Virus record (IMG/VR): IMGVR_UViG_3300037584_005429
Location: 19,060 to 83,059 of that record
Strand: one strand, 5' to 3'
DNA from: a virus
DNA length: 64,000 nt
This document shows, piece after piece, positions 55,534 to 64,000 of this stretch. Below the pieces are notes generated by a model. It saw only the letters and a list, made by a program, of their open reading frames with translations, made no database searches and was not told the DNA's origin. A program made the position numbers and the translations under genes. Positions within the stretch are counted from its first letter, which is position 1; each line of letters opens with the position of its first letter.

Positions 55534-56400
55534 TTAAAATGGTAAGTCTTCGTCTTGTGGGTCATTGGCTTGTGGGTCAGTTGTCCCCATAGTAGTTGTA
55601 TTAGTTACATTTTTATTACTATTAGGGTCATCATAAACATACTTCTTTAATTCTGAATCCCAAACTGGGTCCAAACCTTTAGAAATAGCTTCTAAATACT
55701 CAACTGGTTTTTGTGAATAAACATCTTTCCAAGTTCTTTCATCACCAGTCCATTCTTTTACTTTAGAATCATCTTCTGATAGTTTACCTGGGTCTTCATA
55801 CATAACAGAAGATACTGTTGTATACTCACCTCTACCCCCTGGTAATGGTACTGCTTGTAGAATTAGGATAAGGTCTCTTCCTTCATTAATATCTGTTACA
55901 TCACCTTTATTTCTCCAGATTGGAATAATTTTATCGATTGGTCCGTCACCTTTCCAATTATGTTTAAATCTCCAAAACTTAACGCCATCTTCTTCATTAT
56001 CTCTATCCACAACTTTTACAATGTAGAATTTTTGTGAACGATAAGAACGTGCTAATTCTTTTGATTGTGCATCCCCCGCTAATCTTAAAGCCTCTTCAAC
56101 TTCATTTAATGGACTTCTTTCACCGGATGGTTTTCCAGTTTCATCTTTTCCTGGGTCATACAATTTTTGCCATCTTCCTTGGACTTGTACATTATGAAAA
56201 TATACCTCTTTAAACGGTGAAGAACCGTCTGTTGTTGGTACTATTCTGATTCTTTTTTCTCCTGATTTTGTTCCTTTTGGTAACATGATAGAAAGGTATT
56301 GTTTCATTCTTTCTTCAGAGGTCATTTGTGGTTTTGTGGAACCACCACTTTGTTTGTTTTTCTCGTATTGAGCTAAAACTGCATCTAAACTATTACTCAT
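55534..56400 (-). CDS. Single-stranded DNA-binding protein (T4 gp32-like)
   Basis: IRIVP...PFKEVYFH, VVDRDNEEDGVKFWRF, GDVTDINEGRDL, and an acidic tail ending DEDLPF. Confidence 0.85.
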   Translation of the reverse strand: MSNSLDAVLAQYEKNKQSGGSTKPQMTSEERMKQYLSIMLPKGTKSGEKRIRIVPTTDGSSPFKEVYFHNVQVQGRWQKLYDPGKDETGKPSGERSPLNEVEEALRLAGDAQSKELARSYRSQKFYIVKVVDRDNEEDGVKFWRFKHNWKGDGPIDKIIPIWRNKGDVTDINEGRDLILILQAVPLPGGRGEYTTVSSVMYEDPGKLSEDDSKVKEWTGDERTWKDVYSQKPVEYLEAISKGLDPVWDSELKKYVYDDPNSNKNVTNTTTMGTTDPQANDPQDEDLPF

Positions 56401-56438
56401 AAATTTTTTTTTTAATAATTAATTAATCAATATTTAGT

Positions 56439-56469
56439 TAAATGTAATAAAGTTAAATGGGTTTGTCAA
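56439..56469 (-). promoter_or_regulatory. Host-type promoter (T)TTGA-N19-TACATTTA upstream of the SSB/RecA operon
   Basis: Third copy of the architecture, 38 nt upstream of the ATG at 56400. Confidence 0.7.
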
Positions 56470-56487
56470 ACAAAGAATAACTAAATT

Positions 56488-57219
56488 TTATTCTTCTTCC
56501 TCTTCTGGGTTTGAAAAGCTTTTTTTGATGTCGTCTTGACTAAAATCTTCGACTTCATCTTTTGTTAAAATATATTGTTTTTTACCTGTTTTATCAAAAA
56601 CTTCTTCTTTGTCTGTAAAAAAGTCACTTAAGTTTTGACTGTAAGGTCCACTATCATGTTTTCTTAAACCTAATTTTTCTTCTGGTGTACGTGGGCGATA
56701 CTCTTCTATTTTATTTTCTAAATTGCCTATTTTTTGAACCATGTCATCCATAGAAGTCAGATAATTTTCTAAATCTGATAATTTATTCATTAAATCATCT
56801 AGACTTTCACTATTTTTAGATAGTATGTCTTTTTGGTCTGATAATTCTGTGTTTGCTTCTTCTTGTTTTGTAACTAGGTCTGTAACATCTAGTTCTTTTG
56901 TGTCACCCCCAGAAGTATCTTCAATACCAACATCTAAACTTTCTTCACCACTATCAACACCTTCAATTTCATTGTCAACAGTAGTATCTTCTAATCCAGT
57001 ATCTTCAGGTTCATCCACAGGTTCTTCTTCAGTAGGTACTCCATCTTCAACCTCTTGTTCATCCATGTTGAATCTTTTGGATAGTCTGTCTATGTGACTT
57101 CCCATACCTAAACTAGAGACACCACCAACCATTTGTTCATCAAGATTTTGAGTATTGTGGTTAATCTCTTTAAACCTACTTAATTCTTCTAATAATTTTT
57201 TTTCTAATTCTTTAGCCAT
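56488..57219 (-). CDS. Highly acidic hypothetical protein (possible scaffold/internal head protein)
   Basis: LLEELSRFKEI N-terminus, D/E-rich linker and coiled coil. Confidence 0.55.
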   Translation of the reverse strand: MAKELEKKLLEELSRFKEINHNTQNLDEQMVGGVSSLGMGSHIDRLSKRFNMDEQEVEDGVPTEEEPVDEPEDTGLEDTTVDNEIEGVDSGEESLDVGIEDTSGGDTKELDVTDLVTKQEEANTELSDQKDILSKNSESLDDLMNKLSDLENYLTSMDDMVQKIGNLENKIEEYRPRTPEEKLGLRKHDSGPYSQNLSDFFTDKEEVFDKTGKKQYILTKDEVEDFSQDDIKKSFSNPEEEEE

Positions 57220-57451
57220 TTAATAATTGTTTTACTTCTCCAGATGGAGACTCTACCTGTACTTTACGATTTACTCTTATGCTATTTTCAACTCTTTCTA
57301 TTAAACCATCTCTACTCCTAATAGTATAACAAATACCAGTATCTAAATCACAAACTTGTTGTCCTTGTTCGTTTGCACCATTTTCTACAATATTATCTGT
57401 TTTTTTACCTAAAAAATTACCTAGTTTTTGTCTTAAACTCTCTGAAATCAT
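57212..57451 (-). CDS. Small hypothetical protein
   Basis: 79 aa with VCDLDTGICY...DGLIER; preceded by TATTTATA. Confidence 0.6.
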   Translation of the reverse strand: MISESLRQKLGNFLGKKTDNIVENGANEQGQQVCDLDTGICYTIRSRDGLIERVENSIRVNRKVQVESPSGEVKQLLNG

Positions 57452-57464
57452 AATTCTTTTTTTA

Positions 57465-57472
57465 TATAAATA
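57465..57472 (-). promoter_or_regulatory. TATTTATA motif
   Basis: Intergenic, 13 nt upstream of the ATG at 57451. A TTGA lies 19 nt further upstream. Confidence 0.55.
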
Positions 57473-57508
57473 TCATTAAACTTAATAATAGTCAACTTAA
57501 ACTATAAA

Positions 57509-60500
57509 TTATGTTGGTTCTGGTGGACGATAACTAAATAAGAAGTGTTTAGGGTTTAAAATATGTTCTACAACACTTCCATCTTCTTGGCCAACACCTC
57601 TCCTAATTTCTAAATGTAAATGTTGTCCTTTAGATTTTCCAGTGTTACCTAATTTACCCAATTTTTTTCCATTCATAATATTACCATCAAAACTACCTAT
57701 AGCATTTTTATTTATTACCGATTCTGCTCCATTATTTGATGCTACTAAAACACCCTCTCTTAGATAAGAATACGTAACTTTATAGTAAGCTGTTTCATCA
57801 ACAACAGGATTTTCTATTAATGTTTTTGTTATTTCAATAAAATTACCTCTAGCACAATTTTCATTATTATTTCCAATTATACAACCGTCTATAACATCTG
57901 TTACCAAACCATCCATTATTGGGTACACATCTATACCGGTTTCACTTGTAGCTAATTCAGTAAATTCTATTTTTGGAGTTAAGTCTACACCTAGATGTGG
58001 TTCTAATGGATTGTCCTCTGATATATCCACTAAAGTTGGATTTATAGCATCACCCCAGAATATATTATCTTCAGATAAAGAAACGTAAGTTGAACCACTA
58101 TCTATATACCCATTTTGATTTGGTGTTAGTTTCATTTGTTGTGGTGTAGCTGTTAAGTCGTCATAATAATAATTTGGTTGTTTAGTTTCTCTTAGATTTG
58201 CTTCCGCTTCTTTATATAAACTTTCATTAACTCTTTGGACTAGGTCATCAATTCTTGGTAATTTAGGTATTGGTACTCTAACACCTTCAAAACTAGTTTC
58301 TATTGTATTTGGCCTTATATCATGTTCTACATTAACAATTAGGTAAGGACCATTAAACATAGGTAAATATCTTAACTGAAAATATTGTGTTGGTTGGATT
58401 GTTACATTACCCATACAGGTAATTTTTGCTGTGTATGACCTACTAGCATAAACATTAAATAGTGATAGTGACGCCATAGTTGTGGCTCCACCCCCACCTG
58501 AATTTGCCATTTCCTGTAAAATTTTATAACTCTCAGCAGTGTTTTGATATTGTGACTGGTCAAGAGTTACTGATTCAAATATATTTTGGTTTGGTATTCC
58601 AAAATCTACGTTGAATCCCATTACTTTATTTGATAAATTTCTATCCCCACATTCTTCAGCTAGTAATGGATTATTAGCTGTGTTATTAACATTAAAAGTA
58701 TCTGTACTATATCCATTATTTGATGTTTTAACGTCTAGTTGGCTGGATGTTTTACCAACATACTGACAAAGAAAAGCTGGTCTAGAGTCTAGATAATCAA
58801 CCGTTGTAAATGTACCAAACATAGCATTACCTTGTAATTGTGAATTATCACCTTCCACATTAAAGAAGTTTATGTATGATGGTAATGGTATAAAATTAAA
58901 ATAATTGTTGGCTAAAATAATACTCAGATAACTAGCTATACTTTGGGTTAGTGTTTTAGAACTTGCGTCTGCAAATGGTGAATCTAAACCTAGAATATCC
59001 CATATATTAACAATCGCTTCATTACCTATATCTCTATTGGCTCTATCTAAAAATAAAAACCTTTCAAAAAGTGTACCACCAGTAGCTGTTAAATTAATTC
59101 CTGAAACCCACCTATCATTTAAAGTTTTAAAACCACTATAAAGTTCTAATTTTAAATCATCTGCCTCAACATCTGGTCTATCAGTTGGTTCTTTTAACTT
59201 ATTTAGATTTTGTTCTTTTTTAATTTTTTTCTTAGTCTCTTTTAGTATAACATTAACATAATTTTCTTCTTTATTATTTAAAACAGCTAATTCATCAACT
59301 AGAAGTTTAAAATATTCATGAGCTGGTATATTACCTTGGGTTACACAATGTGTACCATACATTCTAATTATAGGTGCAAATGCTTCTATATTACTACTAT
59401 TAAAAGTAATTCCATTACCATCGGGTCTCGCTGTAACAAAGAAGTTATAAAATGGATTACTTGTGTCTGTTGGTACTAGTATGTCAAAAGCATTGTTACT
59501 TAGGTAGTGTTCTCCCACATTAATTCGCATATCTATATGTTCTGGTGTTAGAGGTGGAAAAGCCCCACCTGGTGATGTTGGTATTGTTATACTTGATTCT
59601 AGATAATTTCCAAAATCATAGTCTGGATTATCATTGTGTAAACCCATTAAATTTTGCATAACAGTAGACCCATTAACAATCATATCTAGATTGGTAGTTG
59701 AGTTATGAGCGTAATTAATATCAGTATATAATAATTCTTTTACTTTTTGAGTAAACTTTTTTTCTTGACCTATTAATAGTTCTTTAGCATTTATAGAATC
59801 AACCAATAAAGTTAATGGACTTAAATTATAATCTTCTATTACAGTAATTTCTTTTATAAATTGTTTAAATGTGCCACCCTTATTAAGTGGATTATCTAAA
59901 CTAGCGTAAGCTAAAAACATTTTTTCAAACTCGTCTAGTTGATATTTGTTAAACACACCTCTTAATTCTTCTATAGTAGAATAATTAGGATTCTCAATTA
60001 AAGACCATGGTGTAGACTGTATATTAGTGTTGGGATTTGTTTCTTTAAAATATCTATTACTTAAGGGTTGGTATGCTGATTTATGTTGGAAGTATCCTTT
60101 AGGTGATGAGTGCCATAGTAGTCTTGCGGCTCCATTATGTAATGAGTTTACGTTGTTACCTGGAGTACTTGGGTTCAATGAACCTTCGTCTTCAAAGGCT
60201 GGTGCTTCAGTCCAATTTATTCCACCACAAGAAGGGTATAAAATAAAATACCTCTCAGGTTTTATCTGATTACCAAATTTAACACCTAAACTTTCATCGT
60301 TAATACTCTTTGAATCTAGATAAACATTATAATAATTTACTTTTGTACCATTACTTGTGAATGATAGATTTGTTTCGTTTTCAATTGTTAAATTTAAATC
60401 TACATTAGGAAAAACTAACGGGTTAAATATAAGATTTAATGGTTGTCCCGCTGGTGGTGGTGTATAACTCGAAACATTATTTGTTGCTATGTATTGAATT

Positions 60501-63500
60501 GCCTCTATTAAACCTGGATATACCCCAACACTAACACTATTGTTAGTTGTGTCTTCTGTTATATACTGATAGGACACACCGTCTGTTGAACCGGTAAAAG
60601 TAAATTGTGTATTTAATGAATTATTAACGGGGTCATAAACTGTAGCTGGATTGATACCTATATTGTTCCAAATACTTGTTATTGGGTCCACGTTTGTTTT
60701 TACTGTACTTTTATATCTCCACCATATAGAGCCTATTTTTAACAGTAAAGAAACTGGGACCTTATGTAGTGCAGGCATTTGGTTAAACATAAGTGCTACA
60801 TAATCACCCATATTATCATCAACTATCGTTTCCAACGAAGTTGATTTAGAACTTACCCTGTCCCTAAAATTTATTAACGGTAGTGAATTTAAAAATAAAT
60901 AAGCACCTAAAGTATATGGATTTGCGTTACCAGCTTTATCATTTGTTACACCATCTAATAAAGCATTTATAAAATAAGGTGTATTTAACATAGATGTTAA
61001 TCTTTTAATTGTTTGGTCTATGTCTTGATTGAATGATGTAGGTGGGTTTACTAAGTTTATTGGGGTTAGGGAGTTTTGTATGTCTCCTTCCGTATAAGAT
61101 AATTTTCTTATATCCACTAATTTTTCTGTATAATATTCGTTAACTACACTTTTTTCACTAACTGGACCTACTGGTGTAGATGTTCTCCAATTACTATCAA
61201 CAAAACTTTTACTACCAATCAAACTAGTAGTTAAGTAACTAACGTCATCACCATCTTTTAAGACACCAGTACGATTTACATCATAATATAAACTAGTTCC
61301 TATTTTATAAAATTCACCAGGACCACCTAATAATTTACCACCAGCAAAATTATTGGTAACCCAACTTAACCCTATAGATGGATTATCATAAATAATTGGT
61401 GCTACATCAAAAAATCCTGTTATTTTGGAGATATTTAAAGCTTCACTATTTAAAGGAAAGTTTTTTGATATTATCTCAAAAGGATTATTAGGTATTGTTT
61501 CAATTTTAAAGGTTTGTTGGTTAAATGGTGTTATAATACCAAAATTTTCGTAAATACTAAAATTATATGGTGATGTTGATTTTAGTTTTGTTTCTATATC
61601 TTCGAAACTATTTAAATTACCTATAAATTCTTGTAGTTGTTGATTTTGTTCTATTTGTTTGTTTATGTTTTGTGCTTCATATTTTGCTAATTCATTTAAG
61701 GTTTCACCGATTATACTTTGTGATGATATTTTTTGGTATCTTGTCATGACACTACCAAATGTTACGGCAGCTTGTGCTCTATCTAGTATTTCAAATAAAA
61801 ATTGTACGTTGTCTTTGGTTTGGTATGGTGTTGTTGTAGATGGCCAGTCTCTAACATTTATAGGTGTGTATTCTTTTGATATTGCACTATTTACGGTAGC
61901 AAACTTATAGTCACTAATACGATATGTTGTACTTTTTACATATTCTTCTACAAACTCTACTTCAGGCCAATATATTTTATTATTACCTTGTGTTACATCT
62001 ACAACATCTTTTGCTCCTGGATATTTTAAAACAGCCGATGTAATACCACACTCACCTTCTTCTTCAACAACATAATATTGTGGCCAAGGATAACATATTT
62101 CATTAGCCGCTGTATTGTTTTTTGGCGTATCATTAGAAGTATTTGCTACATTTAATCTGTTTGGATTATTTCTTACCTTCATAGCTTTTGTGTGTGCGTC
62201 ATCTAAAAGTCTTAAAAAAGTATCAGCTCCTGCTACTATAACAGCAAATACATTTCTTATTGTTGGTTTAAATCCTAAATAATTTTGTAGTCTTTCATTT
62301 AATTCAGCAGAAACAACTTCTGACATTTCTTTTGCTTTTTTATCAAAATCTTTTTTTTGTAAATTCCACTTACCGTAAAATGATTGTTCAGCTATATTAA
62401 TTATAAACCAGGGTTCTAAATCAGGTGTTTGATTACCATCACTATCAGTTGTTGGTTTTAATTTTTCTGTATTTTCCACCCTAATACCTTTAGGACCATT
62501 AACTTTCATTTCTTCATAAAGTTCTTTTAAATCCGTATTTGTATTTGGCATTAGGTAATTATTTACTTTATAGTCACCGAAAAAACCAAAACTATTATTT
62601 TCGTCTAATTGCAAAATAGGTGGTACACAAAGTAATGATAATGCTACTGCTGCGTCCTCTTCGGCCTTAGTTAATAATTCACTCCTGTTACCATTACCTT
62701 GTTTAACTTCTTCATTAATATTACCAATAGCTTTAAGTGGGTAGGCGGTAGTCCATACTTTTTTACTTACAGCGTTTCCTTGCCCGTCAACCTCACTAAT
62801 TATTATTTCTACATCTTCACCTAAACTAATTTCTAAATACTCATTTACCCAATCAGTTTTAAATTGTTCCTTTAATTTATCTAATGTTTCTTCATATTTT
62901 AACTTATCTGTTGTTATTGTTAAATTTTTTTGTCCATACAATTTTCCTAAGTCTCTATCCAAAGATTTAATCTTATCTATTAACTCCACTATTGTATATT
63001 CGGGCATATCTTGTGGTATTAAATTACTTCTTTTGTATATACCATAGACGGTATGCATAACTTCTCTACCTTTTGTAGATGTTATGTTTTCACCTTCTAC
63101 TCTAGTTGGGTACATGTAAGGTGCTGTAACACACTGATGCATATTAATATCTCGTAATAAAGCGATATGATTACCTTTAAAATCACAGGTAACTAAATAA
63201 TCACCGGTTCCTGGGTCAAATCTTGATGTAAACTTTTCTAGAGTTAGTTGGTATTGTACAGCTTTACCGTAGTATCCTTTAAGTGTTAAAAAGAAGGTTG
63301 GGTAGGGTAGATGAAAAAAAGCTGTGTAAGGTGTATTTGTTCTTGCTTGTTCAAAAAGTGTTTTACCCCTAACATCAGTAAAATTTATAGTAACTTGTGG
63401 TATATATGAAGAATTAACTTTAACACTTATAGATGTTATCCCAAACCCACCAAAATCTTTACTGTTATCAAAAAATTTAGATGGTTGTACACCATCACTA

Positions 63501-63829
63501 CCTCTTTTTTTATTTTTAGCGAAATCTGGGTCTGTAAAACCTTCAGTCCAATCAGAATCAAGAAATTTTTTACCGCCTGGTTTTAAAAAATTTAATTCAC
63601 CATCAAATAATTCTACTTTTATTTCGTCCCCTGCAGATGCACCAGCTATAATTTTACTTCTTGGGTAAATTCTGGCTGATAAGTTAGCATACATAACTAA
63701 ATCCTCTGCATTTACTAATCTATCTACAGCTTGTCCATTTGACCCAACTACTTTATTGGGGTCCACAACAACTAGGTTGTTACCGACTGGGTTTGTTAAA
63801 ATGTCTCCTGAATTTAATTTATCTGCCAT
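57509..63829 (-). CDS. Baseplate hub-like protein with a C-terminal M23 peptidase (tail-associated lysin)
   Basis: N-terminal FGITSISVK...PQVTINFTDVRG and late YTAKITCMGNVTIQPTQYFQL...FNGPYLIVNVEHDI are gp27/gpD hub-like. M23 Zn motifs HLGVD and GNTGKSKGQHLHLEIR. Confidence 0.75.
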   Translation of the reverse strand: MADKLNSGDILTNPVGNNLVVVDPNKVVGSNGQAVDRLVNAEDLVMYANLSARIYPRSKIIAGASAGDEIKVELFDGELNFLKPGGKKFLDSDWTEGFTDPDFAKNKKRGSDGVQPSKFFDNSKDFGGFGITSISVKVNSSYIPQVTINFTDVRGKTLFEQARTNTPYTAFFHLPYPTFFLTLKGYYGKAVQYQLTLEKFTSRFDPGTGDYLVTCDFKGNHIALLRDINMHQCVTAPYMYPTRVEGENITSTKGREVMHTVYGIYKRSNLIPQDMPEYTIVELIDKIKSLDRDLGKLYGQKNLTITTDKLKYEETLDKLKEQFKTDWVNEYLEISLGEDVEIIISEVDGQGNAVSKKVWTTAYPLKAIGNINEEVKQGNGNRSELLTKAEEDAAVALSLLCVPPILQLDENNSFGFFGDYKVNNYLMPNTNTDLKELYEEMKVNGPKGIRVENTEKLKPTTDSDGNQTPDLEPWFIINIAEQSFYGKWNLQKKDFDKKAKEMSEVVSAELNERLQNYLGFKPTIRNVFAVIVAGADTFLRLLDDAHTKAMKVRNNPNRLNVANTSNDTPKNNTAANEICYPWPQYYVVEEEGECGITSAVLKYPGAKDVVDVTQGNNKIYWPEVEFVEEYVKSTTYRISDYKFATVNSAISKEYTPINVRDWPSTTTPYQTKDNVQFLFEILDRAQAAVTFGSVMTRYQKISSQSIIGETLNELAKYEAQNINKQIEQNQQLQEFIGNLNSFEDIETKLKSTSPYNFSIYENFGIITPFNQQTFKIETIPNNPFEIISKNFPLNSEALNISKITGFFDVAPIIYDNPSIGLSWVTNNFAGGKLLGGPGEFYKIGTSLYYDVNRTGVLKDGDDVSYLTTSLIGSKSFVDSNWRTSTPVGPVSEKSVVNEYYTEKLVDIRKLSYTEGDIQNSLTPINLVNPPTSFNQDIDQTIKRLTSMLNTPYFINALLDGVTNDKAGNANPYTLGAYLFLNSLPLINFRDRVSSKSTSLETIVDDNMGDYVALMFNQMPALHKVPVSLLLKIGSIWWRYKSTVKTNVDPITSIWNNIGINPATVYDPVNNSLNTQFTFTGSTDGVSYQYITEDTTNNSVSVGVYPGLIEAIQYIATNNVSSYTPPPAGQPLNLIFNPLVFPNVDLNLTIENETNLSFTSNGTKVNYYNVYLDSKSINDESLGVKFGNQIKPERYFILYPSCGGINWTEAPAFEDEGSLNPSTPGNNVNSLHNGAARLLWHSSPKGYFQHKSAYQPLSNRYFKETNPNTNIQSTPWSLIENPNYSTIEELRGVFNKYQLDEFEKMFLAYASLDNPLNKGGTFKQFIKEITVIEDYNLSPLTLLVDSINAKELLIGQEKKFTQKVKELLYTDINYAHNSTTNLDMIVNGSTVMQNLMGLHNDNPDYDFGNYLESSITIPTSPGGAFPPLTPEHIDMRINVGEHYLSNNAFDILVPTDTSNPFYNFFVTARPDGNGITFNSSNIEAFAPIIRMYGTHCVTQGNIPAHEYFKLLVDELAVLNNKEENYVNVILKETKKKIKKEQNLNKLKEPTDRPDVEADDLKLELYSGFKTLNDRWVSGINLTATGGTLFERFLFLDRANRDIGNEAIVNIWDILGLDSPFADASSKTLTQSIASYLSIILANNYFNFIPLPSYINFFNVEGDNSQLQGNAMFGTFTTVDYLDSRPAFLCQYVGKTSSQLDVKTSNNGYSTDTFNVNNTANNPLLAEECGDRNLSNKVMGFNVDFGIPNQNIFESVTLDQSQYQNTAESYKILQEMANSGGGGATTMASLSLFNVYASRSYTAKITCMGNVTIQPTQYFQLRYLPMFNGPYLIVNVEHDIRPNTIETSFEGVRVPIPKLPRIDDLVQRVNESLYKEAEANLRETKQPNYYYDDLTATPQQMKLTPNQNGYIDSGSTYVSLSEDNIFWGDAINPTLVDISEDNPLEPHLGVDLTPKIEFTELATSETGIDVYPIMDGLVTDVIDGCIIGNNNENCARGNFIEITKTLIENPVVDETAYYKVTYSYLREGVLVASNNGAESVINKNAIGSFDGNIMNGKKLGKLGNTGKSKGQHLHLEIRRGVGQEDGSVVEHILNPKHFLFSYRPPEPT

Positions 63830-64000
63830 AATAGAGGAAGTATTGGTCTAATTTTGTTTTATAGTCCTCTAGTGATTGCATTAATGGGTAAGGTATTCTT
63901 ATTATTGCACCATCTGGTATGTTCCATTCTTGACCACCAAATGATGGATTTGCTTGCATAATTAACCAACCATAGTAAGGTGACCCGTAGTATTGTTGGG
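63819..64000 (-). CDS. LysM-like baseplate wedge / tail protein X (T4 gp53-like), 3' part only
   Basis: Manual translation: ...QQYYGSPYYGWLIMQANPSFGGQEWNIPDGAIIRIPYPL...YFLYYGR*. The stop overlaps the start of the hub gene. Confidence 0.75.
   Translation of the reverse strand, partial: QQYYGSPYYGWLIMQANPSFGGQEWNIPDGAIIRIPYPLMQSLEDYKTKLDQYFLYYGR

Noticed and set aside
1517-61910. The many short plus-strand ORFs in the track (e.g. 4209-4754, 24878-25312, 36540-36863) and nested minus-strand ORFs (e.g. 20233-20484, 35867-36094)
   Set aside because: All lie antisense to, or out of frame within, long well-supported genes. They have the F/L/S/I-rich composition of shadow frames and no recognisable motifs.
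1-64000. Stop-codon reassignment, as in some large Bacteroidota phages
   Set aside because: Genes are full-length and tightly packed in the standard code. TAG serves as a real stop at 40390, 41240 and 49093.

Overview
AT-rich, gene-dense 64 kb segment of a large T4-like contractile-tailed (myovirus-type) phage genome. Every credible gene is on the minus strand and reads in the standard code. The host is probably a Bacteroidota member: there is a Bacteroidota-type short sigma70, TAnnTTT-type -7 promoter boxes, SprB-like repeats and a DUF6576-like motif. In transcription order (right to left) the window holds: (1) a LysM/gp53-like wedge fragment and a 2106-aa hub-like protein with a C-terminal M23 peptidase; (2) a replication/recombination block (gp32-like SSB, RecA/UvsX, FKBP PPIase, 5'-3' exonuclease, DnaB/gp41 helicase, class II RNR); (3) a ~36 kb baseplate/tail-appendage block (gp25, gp6/J, gp7/I-like, a 2645-aa protein with about 200 Cys, and SprB-repeat, dockerin-like and split fibre-anchor proteins); (4) a DNA-metabolism block (RuvC-like, primase, PD-(D/E)XK nuclease, and SbcD and SbcC separated by a DegT + GT2 sugar cassette); (5) a CxxC thioredoxin-fold protein, a phage sigma70, and a membrane protein followed by an amidase-like gene that the ORF track missed. 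The most unusual signals are the very Cys-rich, eukaryote-extracellular-like appendage proteins with candidate phage-encoded folding helpers, an RpoN-like -24/-12 promoter plus palindrome in front of the phage sigma gene, two promoter classes including apparently leaderless transcripts, and an apparent transfer of the SbcD C-terminal region onto SbcC. All family calls come from motif recognition by eye; no searches were run.
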